Assembly: GCA_964467915.1 (NCBI GenBank)
Contig: CAYXSW010000001.1
Coordinates: forward strand, 1,291 to 65,290
Reading direction: 5' to 3'
DNA: 64,000 nucleotides
DNA from: an uncultured Marinoscillum sp.
GTDB taxonomy: Bacteria > Bacteroidota > Bacteroidia > Cytophagales > MED-G16
The stretch's first letter is position 1, and every line of letters begins with the position of its first letter. The translations under genes and the position numbers were made by a program. Shown here one piece after another: positions 48,684 through 58,799 of the stretch. The notes under the pieces were generated by a model. It was not told the DNA's origin. It searched no databases and saw only the letters and a list, made by a program, of their open reading frames with translations.

Positions 48684-49076
48684 ATGGTTGTAAAAATACC
48701 CTCAATTAAAGAAAATGTTTCTATGGTAGAAAGTTTCATAGAAAATGTTGGAAAAAAAATCAAAATCAAAGAGGTGATTTACGGCAACGTCTTAGTCTCA
48801 CTAACAGAGGCGGTTAATAACGCAATTGTTCATGGCAACAAAGAAGATAAAAACAAAAACGTAAAGTTGGTGTTAAAGAAAAACAAAAAAAGCATCTGTT
48901 TTATTGTAGAAGATGAGGGGTTGGGTTTTGATTACAAAAATCTACCAGACCCAACAAACCCAAAAAACATAGAAAAAGTGAAAGGAAGAGGTGTTTTTCT
49001 AATAAAAAACTTGTCCGATAAAATAAATTTTAAACACGGAGGAAGAACGGTAGAGATGTTTTTTAAACTAAAATAA
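48684..49076 (+). CDS. RsbW/SpoIIAB-like HATPase (anti-sigma-factor-type serine kinase)
   Basis: 130 aa. N-box EAVNNAIVHG, G1 box EDEGLGFD, G2 box GRGVFLI. Confidence 0.72.
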   Translation: MVVKIPSIKENVSMVESFIENVGKKIKIKEVIYGNVLVSLTEAVNNAIVHGNKEDKNKNVKLVLKKNKKSICFIVEDEGLGFDYKNLPDPTNPKNIEKVKGRGVFLIKNLSDKINFKHGGRTVEMFFKLK

Positions 49077-49505
49077 ATGTTCCTAACAAACTTTTTCTCT
49101 GAGAAAAAAACATTCTCTACACCAAATAAGAAAAAAATAAGAAAATTAATTAGACAGCTTTGTTTAACTGAAAAAAAAGACTTAAGCTTTTTAAATATTA
49201 TTTTTTGTTCTGACGAATACCTTTTAGAAATAAACAAAAAACACTTAAATCGCGATTATTTTACAGATGTTATAACTTTTGACTTCTCAGGTGATAAAAA
49301 AAACATCGAGGGTGATGTTTATATAAGCATAGACAGGGTATTGGATAATGCAAAAAAATACAACGAAAAAAAAGAGCGTGAGTTAATAAGAACAATTATT
49401 CACGGAGTCCTTCATCTTTTTGGGTATAAAGACAAAACAAAAAAAGAAAAAGAGATTATGACATCAAAAGAAAATAAATATCTTTCTTTGTATATAAAAA
49501 CTTAA
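49077..49505 (+). CDS. ybeY: rRNA maturation endoribonuclease YbeY
   Basis: 142 aa. Zinc motif HGVLHLFGYKD. ATG directly follows the upstream stop. Confidence 0.9.
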   Translation: MFLTNFFSEKKTFSTPNKKKIRKLIRQLCLTEKKDLSFLNIIFCSDEYLLEINKKHLNRDYFTDVITFDFSGDKKNIEGDVYISIDRVLDNAKKYNEKKERELIRTIIHGVLHLFGYKDKTKKEKEIMTSKENKYLSLYIKT

Positions 49506-49506
49506 A

Positions 49507-49520
49507 GTTCCACGTGGAAC
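49507..49520. promoter_or_regulatory. Perfect 14-bp palindrome GTTCCACGTGGAAC in the 24-nt ybeY-mnmG spacer
   Basis: Self-complementary on reading and GC-richer than its surroundings. Ends 9 nt before the mnmG ATG and is not followed by a T-run. Confidence 0.3.
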
Positions 49521-49529
49521 ACCCGTATA

Positions 49530-51386
49530 ATGTTTACTAAATACGATTTAATTGTTGTTGGGGCAGGACACGCTGGCTGTGAAGCCGCGGCGGCGGCGGC
49601 TAACATGGGATCAAAAGTGTTATTAGCAACAATGAATATGGGCACGATAGCTCAAATGTCGTGCAACCCAGCAATTGGGGGTGTTGCTAAGGGCCAAATT
49701 GTGAGAGAAATTGACTCTTTGGGTGGTTACACGGGTGTTGTAACAGACAAAAGCACCATTCAGTTTCGTATGTTAAACTTATCAAAAGGACCAGCAATGT
49801 GGTCACCAAGATCACAAAACGATAGAATGATTTTTGCTGAAAAGTGGCGCTTGATGTTAGAAAAAAATAAGAATGTTGATTTTTGGCAAGAAATGATAGT
49901 GGGAATAAAAGTTAGGGGTGGTGTGGTTGTTGGTGTAAAAACATCATTGGGGTTAGAAATTGAAGCTAAAGCTGTTGTTTTGACTAACGGTACTTTTTTA
50001 AACGGATTAATACACGTTGGTGATAAAAATTTTGGTGGAGGAAGAACGGGAGAAAGGGCTTCTAAGGGAATAACAGAGCAGCTTAAGGGTTTTGGTTTTG
50101 TTTCGGGTAGAATGAAAACAGGAACCCCCCCTCGTTTAGATGGGAGATCAATAGATTACTCAAGAATGGAAGAACAGCTTGGGGATAAGAATCCGGGTTG
50201 TTTTTCTTTTAAAACAAATAGAAAAAAGGTACAGCAAAAATCTTGTCATATAACCTACACAAACAAAAACACACACAGGGTTCTAGAAACGGGTTTTAAA
50301 AAGTCCCCTATGTTTAATGGAAGAATTAAAGGTGTTGGGCCAAGATATTGTCCATCAATAGAAGACAAAATAACGCGTTTTGCTGAAAGGGAAAGGCATC
50401 AAATTTTTGTTGAGCCTGAGGGGTGGAACACAATAGAGGTTTATGTTAATGGGTTTTCCACATCTTTACCTGAAGACACACAGTTAAAAGCGCTTCGAAC
50501 AATTGTTGGTTTTGAGGGGGTTAAAATGTTTAGGCCTGGTTACGCGATTGAATATGACTATTTTCCACCAACACAACTAAAGCATACTTTAGAAACAAAA
50601 CCAATTAAAAATCTTTACTTTGCTGGACAAATAAACGGAACAACGGGTTACGAAGAGGCTGCGTGTCAGGGTTTAGTAGCGGGAATAAACGCTCACAACA
50701 AAACAAACAACAAAGAGGTGTTTGTTTTGAGTCGATCGGACGCTTATATTGGGGTTTTAATAGATGATTTAATTAACAAAGGAACAGACGAGCCTTATAG
50801 GATGTTTACATCTAGAGCAGAACATAGAATTCTTTTGAGACAAGATAACGCGGATCTGCGGCTGACAGAAAGGGGGGCAAAAATAGGATTAGCAGACAAA
50901 AAAAGGCTTGATTTGGTTTTAAGAAAAAAAGCTTTGATTGGTGATCTTCAGGGTTTTGTTTCTAAAGAAAAGGTCTCTCCGGGTGTAATCAATGGTTATC
51001 TTTCTTCTTTAGGTTCAACAAAAATAAAAGAAAAAAAGAAAGTAGAAGATTTGGTAAAAAGGCCCGGCGTTAGCTTGGTGGGTTTGTTAAATGAAATTAA
51101 ACCAGAAAAAACTAAAATATACAGCAAAGAAATAATTAACCAAATTGAAATAAACCTGAAATACGAAAGTTATATTAAAAAAGAAAGAGAGGTTGTTGAA
51201 AAAGTCGAGCGGCTTGAAAAAAGTAAAATACCTGGTGGTTTTGATTATTCTACTGTTAACTCTCTTTCGTCAGAGGGAAAAGAAAAGCTTATTAAAATTA
51301 AGCCGAAATCTATAGGACAAGCAAGCAGAATTAGTGGTGTTTCTCCTTCTGATGTTTCTATTTTAATGGTACACCTAAAAAAATGA
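49530..51386 (+). CDS. mnmG: tRNA uridine 5-carboxymethylaminomethyl modification enzyme MnmG (GidA)
   Basis: 618 aa. FAD motif [19 protein letters not shown] and full-length GidA architecture. Confidence 0.97.
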   Translation: MFTKYDLIVVGAGHAGCEAAAAAANMGSKVLLATMNMGTIAQMSCNPAIGGVAKGQIVREIDSLGGYTGVVTDKSTIQFRMLNLSKGPAMWSPRSQNDRMIFAEKWRLMLEKNKNVDFWQEMIVGIKVRGGVVVGVKTSLGLEIEAKAVVLTNGTFLNGLIHVGDKNFGGGRTGERASKGITEQLKGFGFVSGRMKTGTPPRLDGRSIDYSRMEEQLGDKNPGCFSFKTNRKKVQQKSCHITYTNKNTHRVLETGFKKSPMFNGRIKGVGPRYCPSIEDKITRFAERERHQIFVEPEGWNTIEVYVNGFSTSLPEDTQLKALRTIVGFEGVKMFRPGYAIEYDYFPPTQLKHTLETKPIKNLYFAGQINGTTGYEEAACQGLVAGINAHNKTNNKEVFVLSRSDAYIGVLIDDLINKGTDEPYRMFTSRAEHRILLRQDNADLRLTERGAKIGLADKKRLDLVLRKKALIGDLQGFVSKEKVSPGVINGYLSSLGSTKIKEKKKVEDLVKRPGVSLVGLLNEIKPEKTKIYSKEIINQIEINLKYESYIKKEREVVEKVERLEKSKIPGGFDYSTVNSLSSEGKEKLIKIKPKSIGQASRISGVSPSDVSILMVHLKK

Positions 51387-52219
51387 AAACTAAAGTAAAA
51401 TGTCCCTTGTGTGGCTCAGAAAAGACTAAGGTTTTACAAAAAAAAGTTAAAGACCCTGTCTCTTTAATGTGTTTTTCTGTTCGTTCTTGCGATTCTTGCT
51501 TGGTTGGTTACACCCACCCTGTTCCTGAAAAACTAGAAAGTTATTACAATCAAGAAAATTACGATTCTTATCAAAAAAAGACAGGGGTTTATAACACCAT
51601 CTATTCTGTGGTTCAAAACATTAATAGTTACTATAAGTTAAATATAATTAAAACGTATGGTTATGGCGCCCTTTTAGATTTTGGAGCTGGTTCTGGAAAT
51701 TTTGTTAAGCAAGCTAACAAGGCTGGTTACAACTCTGTTGGTTTTGAGCCCATTAACAAACAAATAAACGAAAACATTACCAACAAGATTGAGGATATAA
51801 AAAAAACAAAATACAAGTTTATTACACTTTGGCATGTTTTAGAGCACACAAAAAAACCCAAGGAGCTACTCCTTGCGATTAAGGGGTTGTTAAGCGAAGG
51901 GGGTAAAATTATAATAGCTGTACCTAACATAGGTTCATACGATAACATTTATTATAAAAACAGTTGGGCTGGCTACGATGTGCCTCGTCATGTTTATCAT
52001 TTTAACCAAAGTTCTTTTGTGAGGTTGCTCTCTGATGTAAACCTTAACGTTGTGGCCTCAAGGCCGCTGTATTTTGATTCTTTTTATGTTTCAATGCTTA
52101 GTGAAAAACAGAAAAAAAACCCATTATGGTTTCTTTTTGGTTTTGTTGTTGGCTTTCTTTCTAACTTATCTGCTTTTTTTACAAAAAAACACTCTAGTAT
52201 TATTTATATTATAGAATGA
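51383..52219 (+). CDS. Class I SAM-dependent methyltransferase with N-terminal Cys4 ribbon
   Basis: 278 aa. CPLCGS...CDSC, SAM motif [16 protein letters not shown] overlap with mnmG. Confidence 0.8.
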   Translation: MKTKVKCPLCGSEKTKVLQKKVKDPVSLMCFSVRSCDSCLVGYTHPVPEKLESYYNQENYDSYQKKTGVYNTIYSVVQNINSYYKLNIIKTYGYGALLDFGAGSGNFVKQANKAGYNSVGFEPINKQINENITNKIEDIKKTKYKFITLWHVLEHTKKPKELLLAIKGLLSEGGKIIIAVPNIGSYDNIYYKNSWAGYDVPRHVYHFNQSSFVRLLSDVNLNVVASRPLYFDSFYVSMLSEKQKKNPLWFLFGFVVGFLSNLSAFFTKKHSSIIYIIE

Positions 52220-53952
52220 TCAGGCTTTGCTTTTATTTAACACTTGTTGTTTATTCTTGTGCTCAGGTTAAGCCTCTAACGGGCGGTTATGAAGATACTA
52301 TACCCCCCAACATAATAAAAAGTTTTCCAGAAAATTACTCAACAAACCTGTCCGAGTCATCTTTTGTTTTTGAGTTTGGTGAGATTATAGACGCCTCTAA
52401 GCTCAAGGATAAGTTAATTATATCCCCTTACTACGACGGTCTTTTTGAGGTAAAATCTAAAAAAAACACGCTTTACTTGGTTTTTGACACTTTGTTTAAC
52501 CCAAACACAACCTATATTTTTAATTTTGCAGATGGCGTTTCTGATATTACAGAAGGAAACCCCGCCGTTAATTCAAGGTTTGTTTTTAGCACAGGAAAAA
52601 ATATAGATTCTTCTTTTGTTTCTGGGATTGTCACAGATCCTTTAAAAAATGAAATTGTAGAGGGTGCTCTTGTTGGCCTTTATTCTGAAAAAGATAGTTT
52701 TAATTTGTTTCATAAAAAACCAACTTATTTTTCTTTTACAGATGAAAATGGTTTTTTCATTATAGAGAATATAAAATCACAAGGTTATATAATATATAGT
52801 TTTAACGATGAAAACAAGAACTTTACGGCAGAATATAAAAAAGAAAGTTTTGGTTATCTTGAAAAAAGAATTAACGTAGATTCTTTTGTAAACAAAATAA
52901 ATATCTCTCTTTTTAATGAAGACGTAACACCCTTGAGGATTCAAGCCATGAGAGACAAAGGAGATGTTTACGACATAACCTACTCAAAGAAAATAGACTC
53001 TGTTTTGGTTAGTTCTGAAAACAACCTAAACTGGAGTTTAAACGATAACAGTTTGTTGCGTTTTTATAAACAGAATAAGTCTTCGGACTCTTTGTTGGTA
53101 GTTATTACCGCCTTTGATGCTGTAAAAAACAAAACAACAGATACGATTTTTGTTTCTTTTTTAGGAAACCAATCAAGAAAGTATAGTCTTAGCGTTGATA
53201 TTAACTGGTCTTCTCAAAACATGGACGATACCGTTACTTATGTAATGGATTTTAATTTGCCGTTAAAGAAATATGGTTATAAGTATGATCTTTTAATAGA
53301 CTCTATTAAGATTCCTAAGAAGTTTGTTTATAGTAACTCTGTGTTTTTAAAAAACAACAGTATAAGGGGTAAGTTTTTTGTTTTAAACGATTCTGTTGAG
53401 TTGTTAATAAAAAAGATGTCTGAACAAGTTTACAAGGATAGCTTAAGTTTTGAAAATGATTCTGTCTACAATGTTGTTTCAGGGTATTATAAAAGATTAA
53501 ACCCTAAAAAAATTACTTTTTATATACCAAAAGGGGAGTTTATTTCAATAACAGAAGATACCTTAAAAAACATTAATCAGGAGTTTAGAGTAAGGGGGAA
53601 AGATTATTATGGTGATTTGTCTGGAGAGGTGGTTGGTACAAAAACAAATAAAAATTATTTTATTGAGCTTGTGTCTGAAAATTTTTCTTCTATATATAAA
53701 AACAATTTGTCTTTTCCTTTTTTTCGTTTTGATAATATATCTCCTGGTAATTATTATTTGAAGGTAGTTGAAGATATTAATGATAATTTAGAGTGGGATT
53801 ACTTTGGAATAAAATCTAAAAATAAAGCAGAGCTTATCTTTTATTATGATAAAAAAATTGAGATTAGGTCAAATTGGTCTATTGAGGATGTTGTTTTTAA
53901 TGTTGAAAAAACTGTTGATAATATGTTTATAATAAAAGAAGATTTTCAGTAA
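52216..53952 (+). CDS. Ig-like-domain lipoprotein of unknown function
   Basis: 578 aa. Signal plus Cys (LTLVVYSCAQ), N-terminal SbsA-Ig-like segment (DTIPPNIIKSFPEN), and a carboxypeptidase-regulatory-like segment (GIVTDPLKNEIVEGALVGLY). Confidence 0.55.
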   Translation: MIRLCFYLTLVVYSCAQVKPLTGGYEDTIPPNIIKSFPENYSTNLSESSFVFEFGEIIDASKLKDKLIISPYYDGLFEVKSKKNTLYLVFDTLFNPNTTYIFNFADGVSDITEGNPAVNSRFVFSTGKNIDSSFVSGIVTDPLKNEIVEGALVGLYSEKDSFNLFHKKPTYFSFTDENGFFIIENIKSQGYIIYSFNDENKNFTAEYKKESFGYLEKRINVDSFVNKINISLFNEDVTPLRIQAMRDKGDVYDITYSKKIDSVLVSSENNLNWSLNDNSLLRFYKQNKSSDSLLVVITAFDAVKNKTTDTIFVSFLGNQSRKYSLSVDINWSSQNMDDTVTYVMDFNLPLKKYGYKYDLLIDSIKIPKKFVYSNSVFLKNNSIRGKFFVLNDSVELLIKKMSEQVYKDSLSFENDSVYNVVSGYYKRLNPKKITFYIPKGEFISITEDTLKNINQEFRVRGKDYYGDLSGEVVGTKTNKNYFIELVSENFSSIYKNNLSFPFFRFDNISPGNYYLKVVEDINDNLEWDYFGIKSKNKAELIFYYDKKIEIRSNWSIEDVVFNVEKTVDNMFIIKEDFQ

Positions 53953-53956
53953 TATT

Positions 53957-53967
53957 AATTATTGGTT
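53957..53967 (+). repeat. AATTATTGGTT, copy 1 (upstream region of the fadB-like operon)
   Basis: Exact 11-mer repeated at 54035-54045. Confidence 0.6.
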
Positions 53968-53989
53968 TTATGCTCAATTAATTAACATC

Positions 53990-54006
53990 CTATTTATACA
54001 CATATA
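53990..54006 (+). repeat. CTATTTATACACATATA, copy 1
   Basis: Repeated 101 bp downstream with a single-T deletion. The core ACACATA also occurs inverted (TATGTGT) at 54056-54062. Confidence 0.6.
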
Positions 54007-54034
54007 GTCCTTATTTTGTTTGTTTAAAATTATA

Positions 54035-54045
54035 AATTATTGGTT
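54035..54045 (+). repeat. AATTATTGGTT, copy 2
   Basis: Exact 11-mer, copy of 53957-53967. Confidence 0.6.
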
Positions 54046-54090
54046 ATTAATATTTTATGTGTTTATATCTTGTTAATCTTTTATTAATAA

Positions 54091-54106
54091 CTATTATACA
54101 CATATA
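54091..54106 (+). repeat. CTATTATACACATATA, copy 2
   Basis: Near-identical to 53990-54006. Lies 130 nt upstream of the fadB-like ATG. Confidence 0.6.
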
Positions 54107-54235
54107 AACATTATAATAATAAATTGTTTTTTTTAGTTAAATAAAAAAAGATATTTATTATAATTTATTTGTGTAAAAGTTTATTGTTTAAGTGATGAAA
54201 AAGTTTATTTAAATTTTAGTAATCTTGCTGTACAA

Positions 54236-56641
54236 ATGAAAAATATTAAAATTAAAAAAGTTGCTGTTATTGGTTCAGGCATTATGGGATCTAGAATAGC
54301 ATGTCATTTGGTTAATGTTGGTTTAGATGTTCTTTTATTAGACATTTGTCCAAAAGAATTAAATGAGAAAGAAAAGTCTCAAAATAAAAAAATTACAGAC
54401 AAACAAGTAAGAAACAGAATAGTAAACGAATCTTTATTAAACACTTTTAAAGCAAAACCCTCCCCTTTGTTTTTAAAAAAAGATTACTATAAAATACAAA
54501 CAGGTAATTTAGAAGATGATATAAATAAAATTTCTTCTGTAGACTGGATTATAGAAGCTGTTGTTGAAAAGTTATCTATAAAAAAAACAGTATATGATAA
54601 AATTGAAAAACACAGAAAAAAAGAAACTATAATATCTACAAACACCTCAGGAATCCCTATATCTCATATATCAAAAAACAGAAGTGAAAATTTCGAAAAA
54701 ATGTTTTTAGGAACACATTTTTTTAATCCACCAAGATACCTAAGATTATTAGAAATTATTCCGGGTGAAAAAACAAAAAAAGAAGTTGTTGATTTTTTTA
54801 TGGAATTTGGCTCTATCGTTTTAGGAAAAGAAACAGTTCTTTGTAAAGACACACCGGCTTTTATTGCTAATAGACTTGGGATATATTCTTTAATGTCTAC
54901 AATTCACTCTGTTGAAAAACTTAAACTAAGCGTGTCAGAGGTCGATTTTTTAACAGGCACGTTAATTGGTAGACCAAAATCAGCGACTTTTCGTACAATG
55001 GATGTGGTTGGTTTAGACACAGCTGTTAACGTTTCCGAAAATCTTTTAAAAGATTTAAATAACGACGAATCTGTCTCTATGTTTAAATTACCCTCTGCTG
55101 TTCAGGGGCTATATGACAAAAAACAATGGGGAGATAAAACAGGAAAAGGTTTTTATAAAAAGGAAATAAAAGAAAAAGGCAAGAAGGTTTTTTATGAAAT
55201 AAACTTAGAAACACTTAAATATAAAGAGCCAGAAAAAATAAAAGAAGAGTCTGTTTTAGAAATAAAAAAAACAGAAAATCTCGAAGACAGGATTAGAGGA
55301 TTAATTAAACTAAAAAACAAATACGGTGAGTTTTATAGGTCGACGTTTTATGACACGTTTAGGTATTGCTCGTTAAGAATTCCTGAGGTTAGCGACGAAA
55401 TATATAAAATAGATAACGCTATATGCTCAGGGTTTGGCTGGAAGAAAGGGCCGTTTGAAACTTGGGACACCATAGGGGTTGAAGAGGCATACAACGAAAT
55501 GAAAGACCTGAATCTTAAGCCAGCAGTGTGGGTAGAGGAGATGTTATCAAAAAACATAAAAAGCTTCTATAGATTTAAGAAAAACAAAAAAGAATATTAT
55601 AACATAAGAGAAAAGAAGTACTGTCCAATACCCGGTCAAGAAGACGTTGTCTTACTAGATGCTTTTAAAGAAAAAGATATTGTTTGGTCAAATAAGGACG
55701 TTTCTTTATATGACATTAAGGAAGGTATACTTAACCTAGAATTTCACACAAAAATGAACTCAATAGGAGAGGGTGTGTTAATAGGAATAAACAAAGCAAT
55801 TGATAGGTGTGAAAAGGAATTTCGTGGTTTGGTTATTTCTAATGAAGCAGATTACTTTTCTGCAGGAGCAGACCTCGGAACCCTTTTTATGTTAGCGGGA
55901 AACAGAGAGTATAAGAAAATAGAAGAGTCTATTCGGGTTTTTCAAAACACAATGATGCGGGTTAGGTATTCTTCTGTGCCTGTTGTTGTTGCAACATCAG
56001 GCATAACCCTAGGGGGAGGGTGTGAACTAAGTTTACACGCAGACTCAATACAAGCTCACAGCGAAACATATATGGGGTTGGTGGAGCTTGGTGCGGGGCT
56101 GATTCCTGCTGGTGGAGGCACAAAAGAAACGGTTTTAAGAACATCATCGTTATATAAAAAAGGAGACCCGGAACTTAACAATTTAATGGCTTCTTTTATG
56201 AATATAGCCACAGCAAAAGTTAGCACATCTGCGATGGAGGCTTTCAAGATGGGATACGTTACCAAAAAAGATAAAGAAACAAGAAACAGGAAACACCTTT
56301 TGAAAGACGCGAAAAGCACGATATTAAACAAACTGTCTTATGGGTATGTAAAACCAACACCAAAAAACAAAATTAAAGTTCACGGAAGGTCTGCTTTAGC
56401 TATGTTCAACGCTGGATTAGAAACAATGAAACAAGGAAATTATATTTCTGAATACGACCAAAAACTCGCTCAAAAACTTGCCTATATCATGTGTGGGGGA
56501 GACCTAACACAAGAGTGTTTGGTAGAAGAGCAGTATCTGTTAGACCTCGAAAGAGAAGCTTTTGTTAGCCTTTGTGGTGAACAAAAAACGTTAGAAAGAA
56601 TGCACTCTATTTTATTTAAAAGAAAACCACTAAGAAACTAA
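54236..56641 (+). CDS. Multifunctional 3-hydroxyacyl-CoA dehydrogenase / enoyl-CoA hydratase (dehydrogenase domain first)
   Basis: 801 aa. N-terminal NAD loop VAVIGSGIMGSRIA and 3HCDH domain, C-terminal crotonase-like domain (FSAGADLG...GGGCELSLHAD). Confidence 0.9.
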   Translation: MKNIKIKKVAVIGSGIMGSRIACHLVNVGLDVLLLDICPKELNEKEKSQNKKITDKQVRNRIVNESLLNTFKAKPSPLFLKKDYYKIQTGNLEDDINKISSVDWIIEAVVEKLSIKKTVYDKIEKHRKKETIISTNTSGIPISHISKNRSENFEKMFLGTHFFNPPRYLRLLEIIPGEKTKKEVVDFFMEFGSIVLGKETVLCKDTPAFIANRLGIYSLMSTIHSVEKLKLSVSEVDFLTGTLIGRPKSATFRTMDVVGLDTAVNVSENLLKDLNNDESVSMFKLPSAVQGLYDKKQWGDKTGKGFYKKEIKEKGKKVFYEINLETLKYKEPEKIKEESVLEIKKTENLEDRIRGLIKLKNKYGEFYRSTFYDTFRYCSLRIPEVSDEIYKIDNAICSGFGWKKGPFETWDTIGVEEAYNEMKDLNLKPAVWVEEMLSKNIKSFYRFKKNKKEYYNIREKKYCPIPGQEDVVLLDAFKEKDIVWSNKDVSLYDIKEGILNLEFHTKMNSIGEGVLIGINKAIDRCEKEFRGLVISNEADYFSAGADLGTLFMLAGNREYKKIEESIRVFQNTMMRVRYSSVPVVVATSGITLGGGCELSLHADSIQAHSETYMGLVELGAGLIPAGGGTKETVLRTSSLYKKGDPELNNLMASFMNIATAKVSTSAMEAFKMGYVTKKDKETRNRKHLLKDAKSTILNKLSYGYVKPTPKNKIKVHGRSALAMFNAGLETMKQGNYISEYDQKLAQKLAYIMCGGDLTQECLVEEQYLLDLEREAFVSLCGEQKTLERMHSILFKRKPLRN

Positions 56642-56643
56642 CT

Positions 56644-57819
56644 ATGAAAGACGCTTATATTGTTTCAGGATTAAGATCACCTGTTGGAAAAGCAAAAAAA
56701 GGAGGCCTAAGGTTTATAAGACCAGATGACCTAGCCGCAAAGGTTATAAAAAGGTTGGTTAAAAAAACAAAAGGCTTAGAGGGAAAAATGGTTGATGATT
56801 TAATTGTTGGAAACGCGGTACCAGAAGCTGAACAAGGAATGCAGATGGCTAGATATATTTCTTTATTATCTCTACCTAAAGAAGTTCCGGGATTAATTAT
56901 AAACAGATATTGTGGTTCTGGGCTCGAGGCTATTCACTTAGCTTGTGCTAAAATCAATTCAGGGTCAGCAGAGTGTGTTATAGCTGGAGGCACTGAATCT
57001 ATGAGTATGGTGCCAATGACAGGATATAAATCAGCATTAAACTATAATATTTCTAAAGCCAACCCTGAGTATTATTTAAACATGGGTCTTACAGCTGAAA
57101 AGTTAGCTTTAAAGTATAAAATAACCAGAGAAGAGTCAGATTTATTTTCTTATAACTCACACCAGAAAGCAATAAACGCGATAGAAAAAGACCTATTTAA
57201 AAACGAAATTTTACCAATTGATGTTGATGAGATTACTATTGTAAATGGTAAAAAAACAACATCAAAATGGACGGTAGAAAAAGACGAAGGCCCAAGAAAA
57301 AACACAACGGTAGACGCTCTTTCTAAACTAAAACCAGCCTTTAAGGTTGGTGGACAAGTAACAGCAGGCAACTCTTCTCAGATGTCAGACGGAGCTGCTT
57401 TTGTGGTTGTTATGTCAGAAAAAATGATAAAAAAACTTAACATAGAACCAATCGGACGTTTGGTTTCTTATGCTACAGCTGGGGTAGAACCAAGCATTAT
57501 GGGAATAGGTCCAGCAGACGCAGTGCCAAAAGCATTAAAGCAAGCAGGTTTAAAACAAAAAGACATCGAGCAAGTTGAGCTTAATGAGGCTTTTGCAGCC
57601 CAAGCGCTATCTGTTATAAAAGCTTTAGGTTTAGATGATAAAATAGTGAACGTTAATGGTGGAGCTGTAGCTTTAGGTCACCCATTAGGAATGACGGGAG
57701 CTAAACTGTCAATTCAACTTTTTAATGAAATGAAAAGAAGAAATCAAAAGTACGGAATAGTGACAGCTTGTGTTGGTGGTGGGCAAGGTGTTTGTGGTGT
57801 TTTTGAAAACCTTACCTAA
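56644..57819 (+). CDS. Acetyl-CoA C-acyltransferase (3-ketoacyl-CoA thiolase)
   Basis: 391 aa. Thiolase motifs NRYCGSGLEA, NEAFAAQ, GGAVALGHPLGMTGA and CVGGGQG. Confidence 0.95.
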   Translation: MKDAYIVSGLRSPVGKAKKGGLRFIRPDDLAAKVIKRLVKKTKGLEGKMVDDLIVGNAVPEAEQGMQMARYISLLSLPKEVPGLIINRYCGSGLEAIHLACAKINSGSAECVIAGGTESMSMVPMTGYKSALNYNISKANPEYYLNMGLTAEKLALKYKITREESDLFSYNSHQKAINAIEKDLFKNEILPIDVDEITIVNGKKTTSKWTVEKDEGPRKNTTVDALSKLKPAFKVGGQVTAGNSSQMSDGAAFVVVMSEKMIKKLNIEPIGRLVSYATAGVEPSIMGIGPADAVPKALKQAGLKQKDIEQVELNEAFAAQALSVIKALGLDDKIVNVNGGAVALGHPLGMTGAKLSIQLFNEMKRRNQKYGIVTACVGGGQGVCGVFENLT

Positions 57820-58393
57820 GAACCTCCACAACAACCTCTACTTCGACAGGAATTTTACTTGGCAAAGAAACCATCCCAACAGCAGAGCGGGCGTGCTTTC
57901 CTCTTTCTCCAAAAACCTCAACTATAAAATCAGAAAAACCATTTATAACAGCGGGTTGTTCGTAAAAATCAGATGTTGAGTTAACCATTCCAATAACCTT
58001 CACAAAACGCTTAACCTTATTAAGGTCCCCAATTTCTTTTTTAAGAGAAGCTAATATGTTTATCCCAACAAGCCTTGCTGCATCATAACCTTCTTCAACA
58101 GTCATATCTTCACCTAAACGACCAGCAACATATTCCCCGTCCTTTTTTCTGGGACCAGTTCCAGAAACATACACAAGCATTGTGTTTTTCCCCTCAGAAA
58201 ACCGGACCGTTGGAACATAATTTGCTATAGGTTTTCCTGGCACAGGGAGCTCTATATTAAGACTTTTAATTTTTTCCTCCACATCATAATCGTAGAGAGG
58301 GGTGTTGAAAACATAGTAATCTACAGCTTCTTTATCATTTGGCGAACAACCCATAAAAAACAACCCTAAAAACAAACACTTAATTTTCTCCAT
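57812..58393 (-). CDS. RidA/YjgF-family protein with an N-terminal signal peptide + Cys extension
   Basis: 193 aa. [19 protein letters not shown], then a RidA-like core from about EEKIKSLNIELPVPG to HARSAVGMVSLP..VEVEVVVEV. An in-frame GTG at 58282 would give a canonical 156-aa cytoplasmic form. Confidence 0.78.
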   Translation of the reverse strand: MEKIKCLFLGLFFMGCSPNDKEAVDYYVFNTPLYDYDVEEKIKSLNIELPVPGKPIANYVPTVRFSEGKNTMLVYVSGTGPRKKDGEYVAGRLGEDMTVEEGYDAARLVGINILASLKKEIGDLNKVKRFVKVIGMVNSTSDFYEQPAVINGFSDFIVEVFGERGKHARSAVGMVSLPSKIPVEVEVVVEVLR

Positions 58394-58799
58394 AAGATGT
58401 AATTATAATTTTTCTAATTTTTCCGCCGTTGCGGTGTTCACACAAATATATCCCTTGCCAAACACCTAACAAAGGAACCCCGTCTTTTATTGGAAAATTA
58501 ACAGAAGACCCAAGAAGACTTGTTTTTATGTGTGAGGTCATGTCGTCAAACCCCTCAAAAGTGTGTTTGAAATAGGTTTCTTTTTCAGAAACCATTTTGT
58601 TAAAGTGTGTTTCAAAATCTTCTCTAACCGTAGGGTCTGCATTTTCATTTATTGTTAAGCTCGCAGATGTGTGTTGCATAAAAATATTTACCACCCCTGT
58701 AATTTTTGGTATATGTTTTATAACCTCTCTGGTTATTAAATGAAAACCCCTTGGGTAGGCATTAAGTGTTATTTTTTTTTGATCAACCACCCAAACCAA
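58380..58799 (-). CDS. yjbQ: YjbQ/UPF0047 family (secondary thiamine-phosphate synthase)
   Basis: 139 aa (TTG 58799 or GTG 58790). YjbQ-like motifs [21 protein letters not shown] and [12 protein letters not shown]. Confidence 0.82.
   Translation of the reverse strand: MVWVVDQKKITLNAYPRGFHLITREVIKHIPKITGVVNIFMQHTSASLTINENADPTVREDFETHFNKMVSEKETYFKHTFEGFDDMTSHIKTSLLGSSVNFPIKDGVPLLGVWQGIYLCEHRNGGKIRKIIITSYGEN

Noticed and set aside
49584-49601. GC-rich (GCG/GCC) microsatellite-like run, GCCGCGGCGGCGGCGGCT
   Set aside because: It encodes the Ala-rich helix of the conserved MnmG FAD-binding motif ([17 protein letters not shown]). This is a coding constraint, not a repeat element.
54057-54107. 16-codon hydrophobic mini-ORF (MCLYLVNLLLITIIHI) and a 5-codon uORF (54195-54212) in the fadB-like upstream region
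   Set aside because: There is no supporting start context or conservation evidence available. The repeats in this region are better explained as DNA-level motifs.
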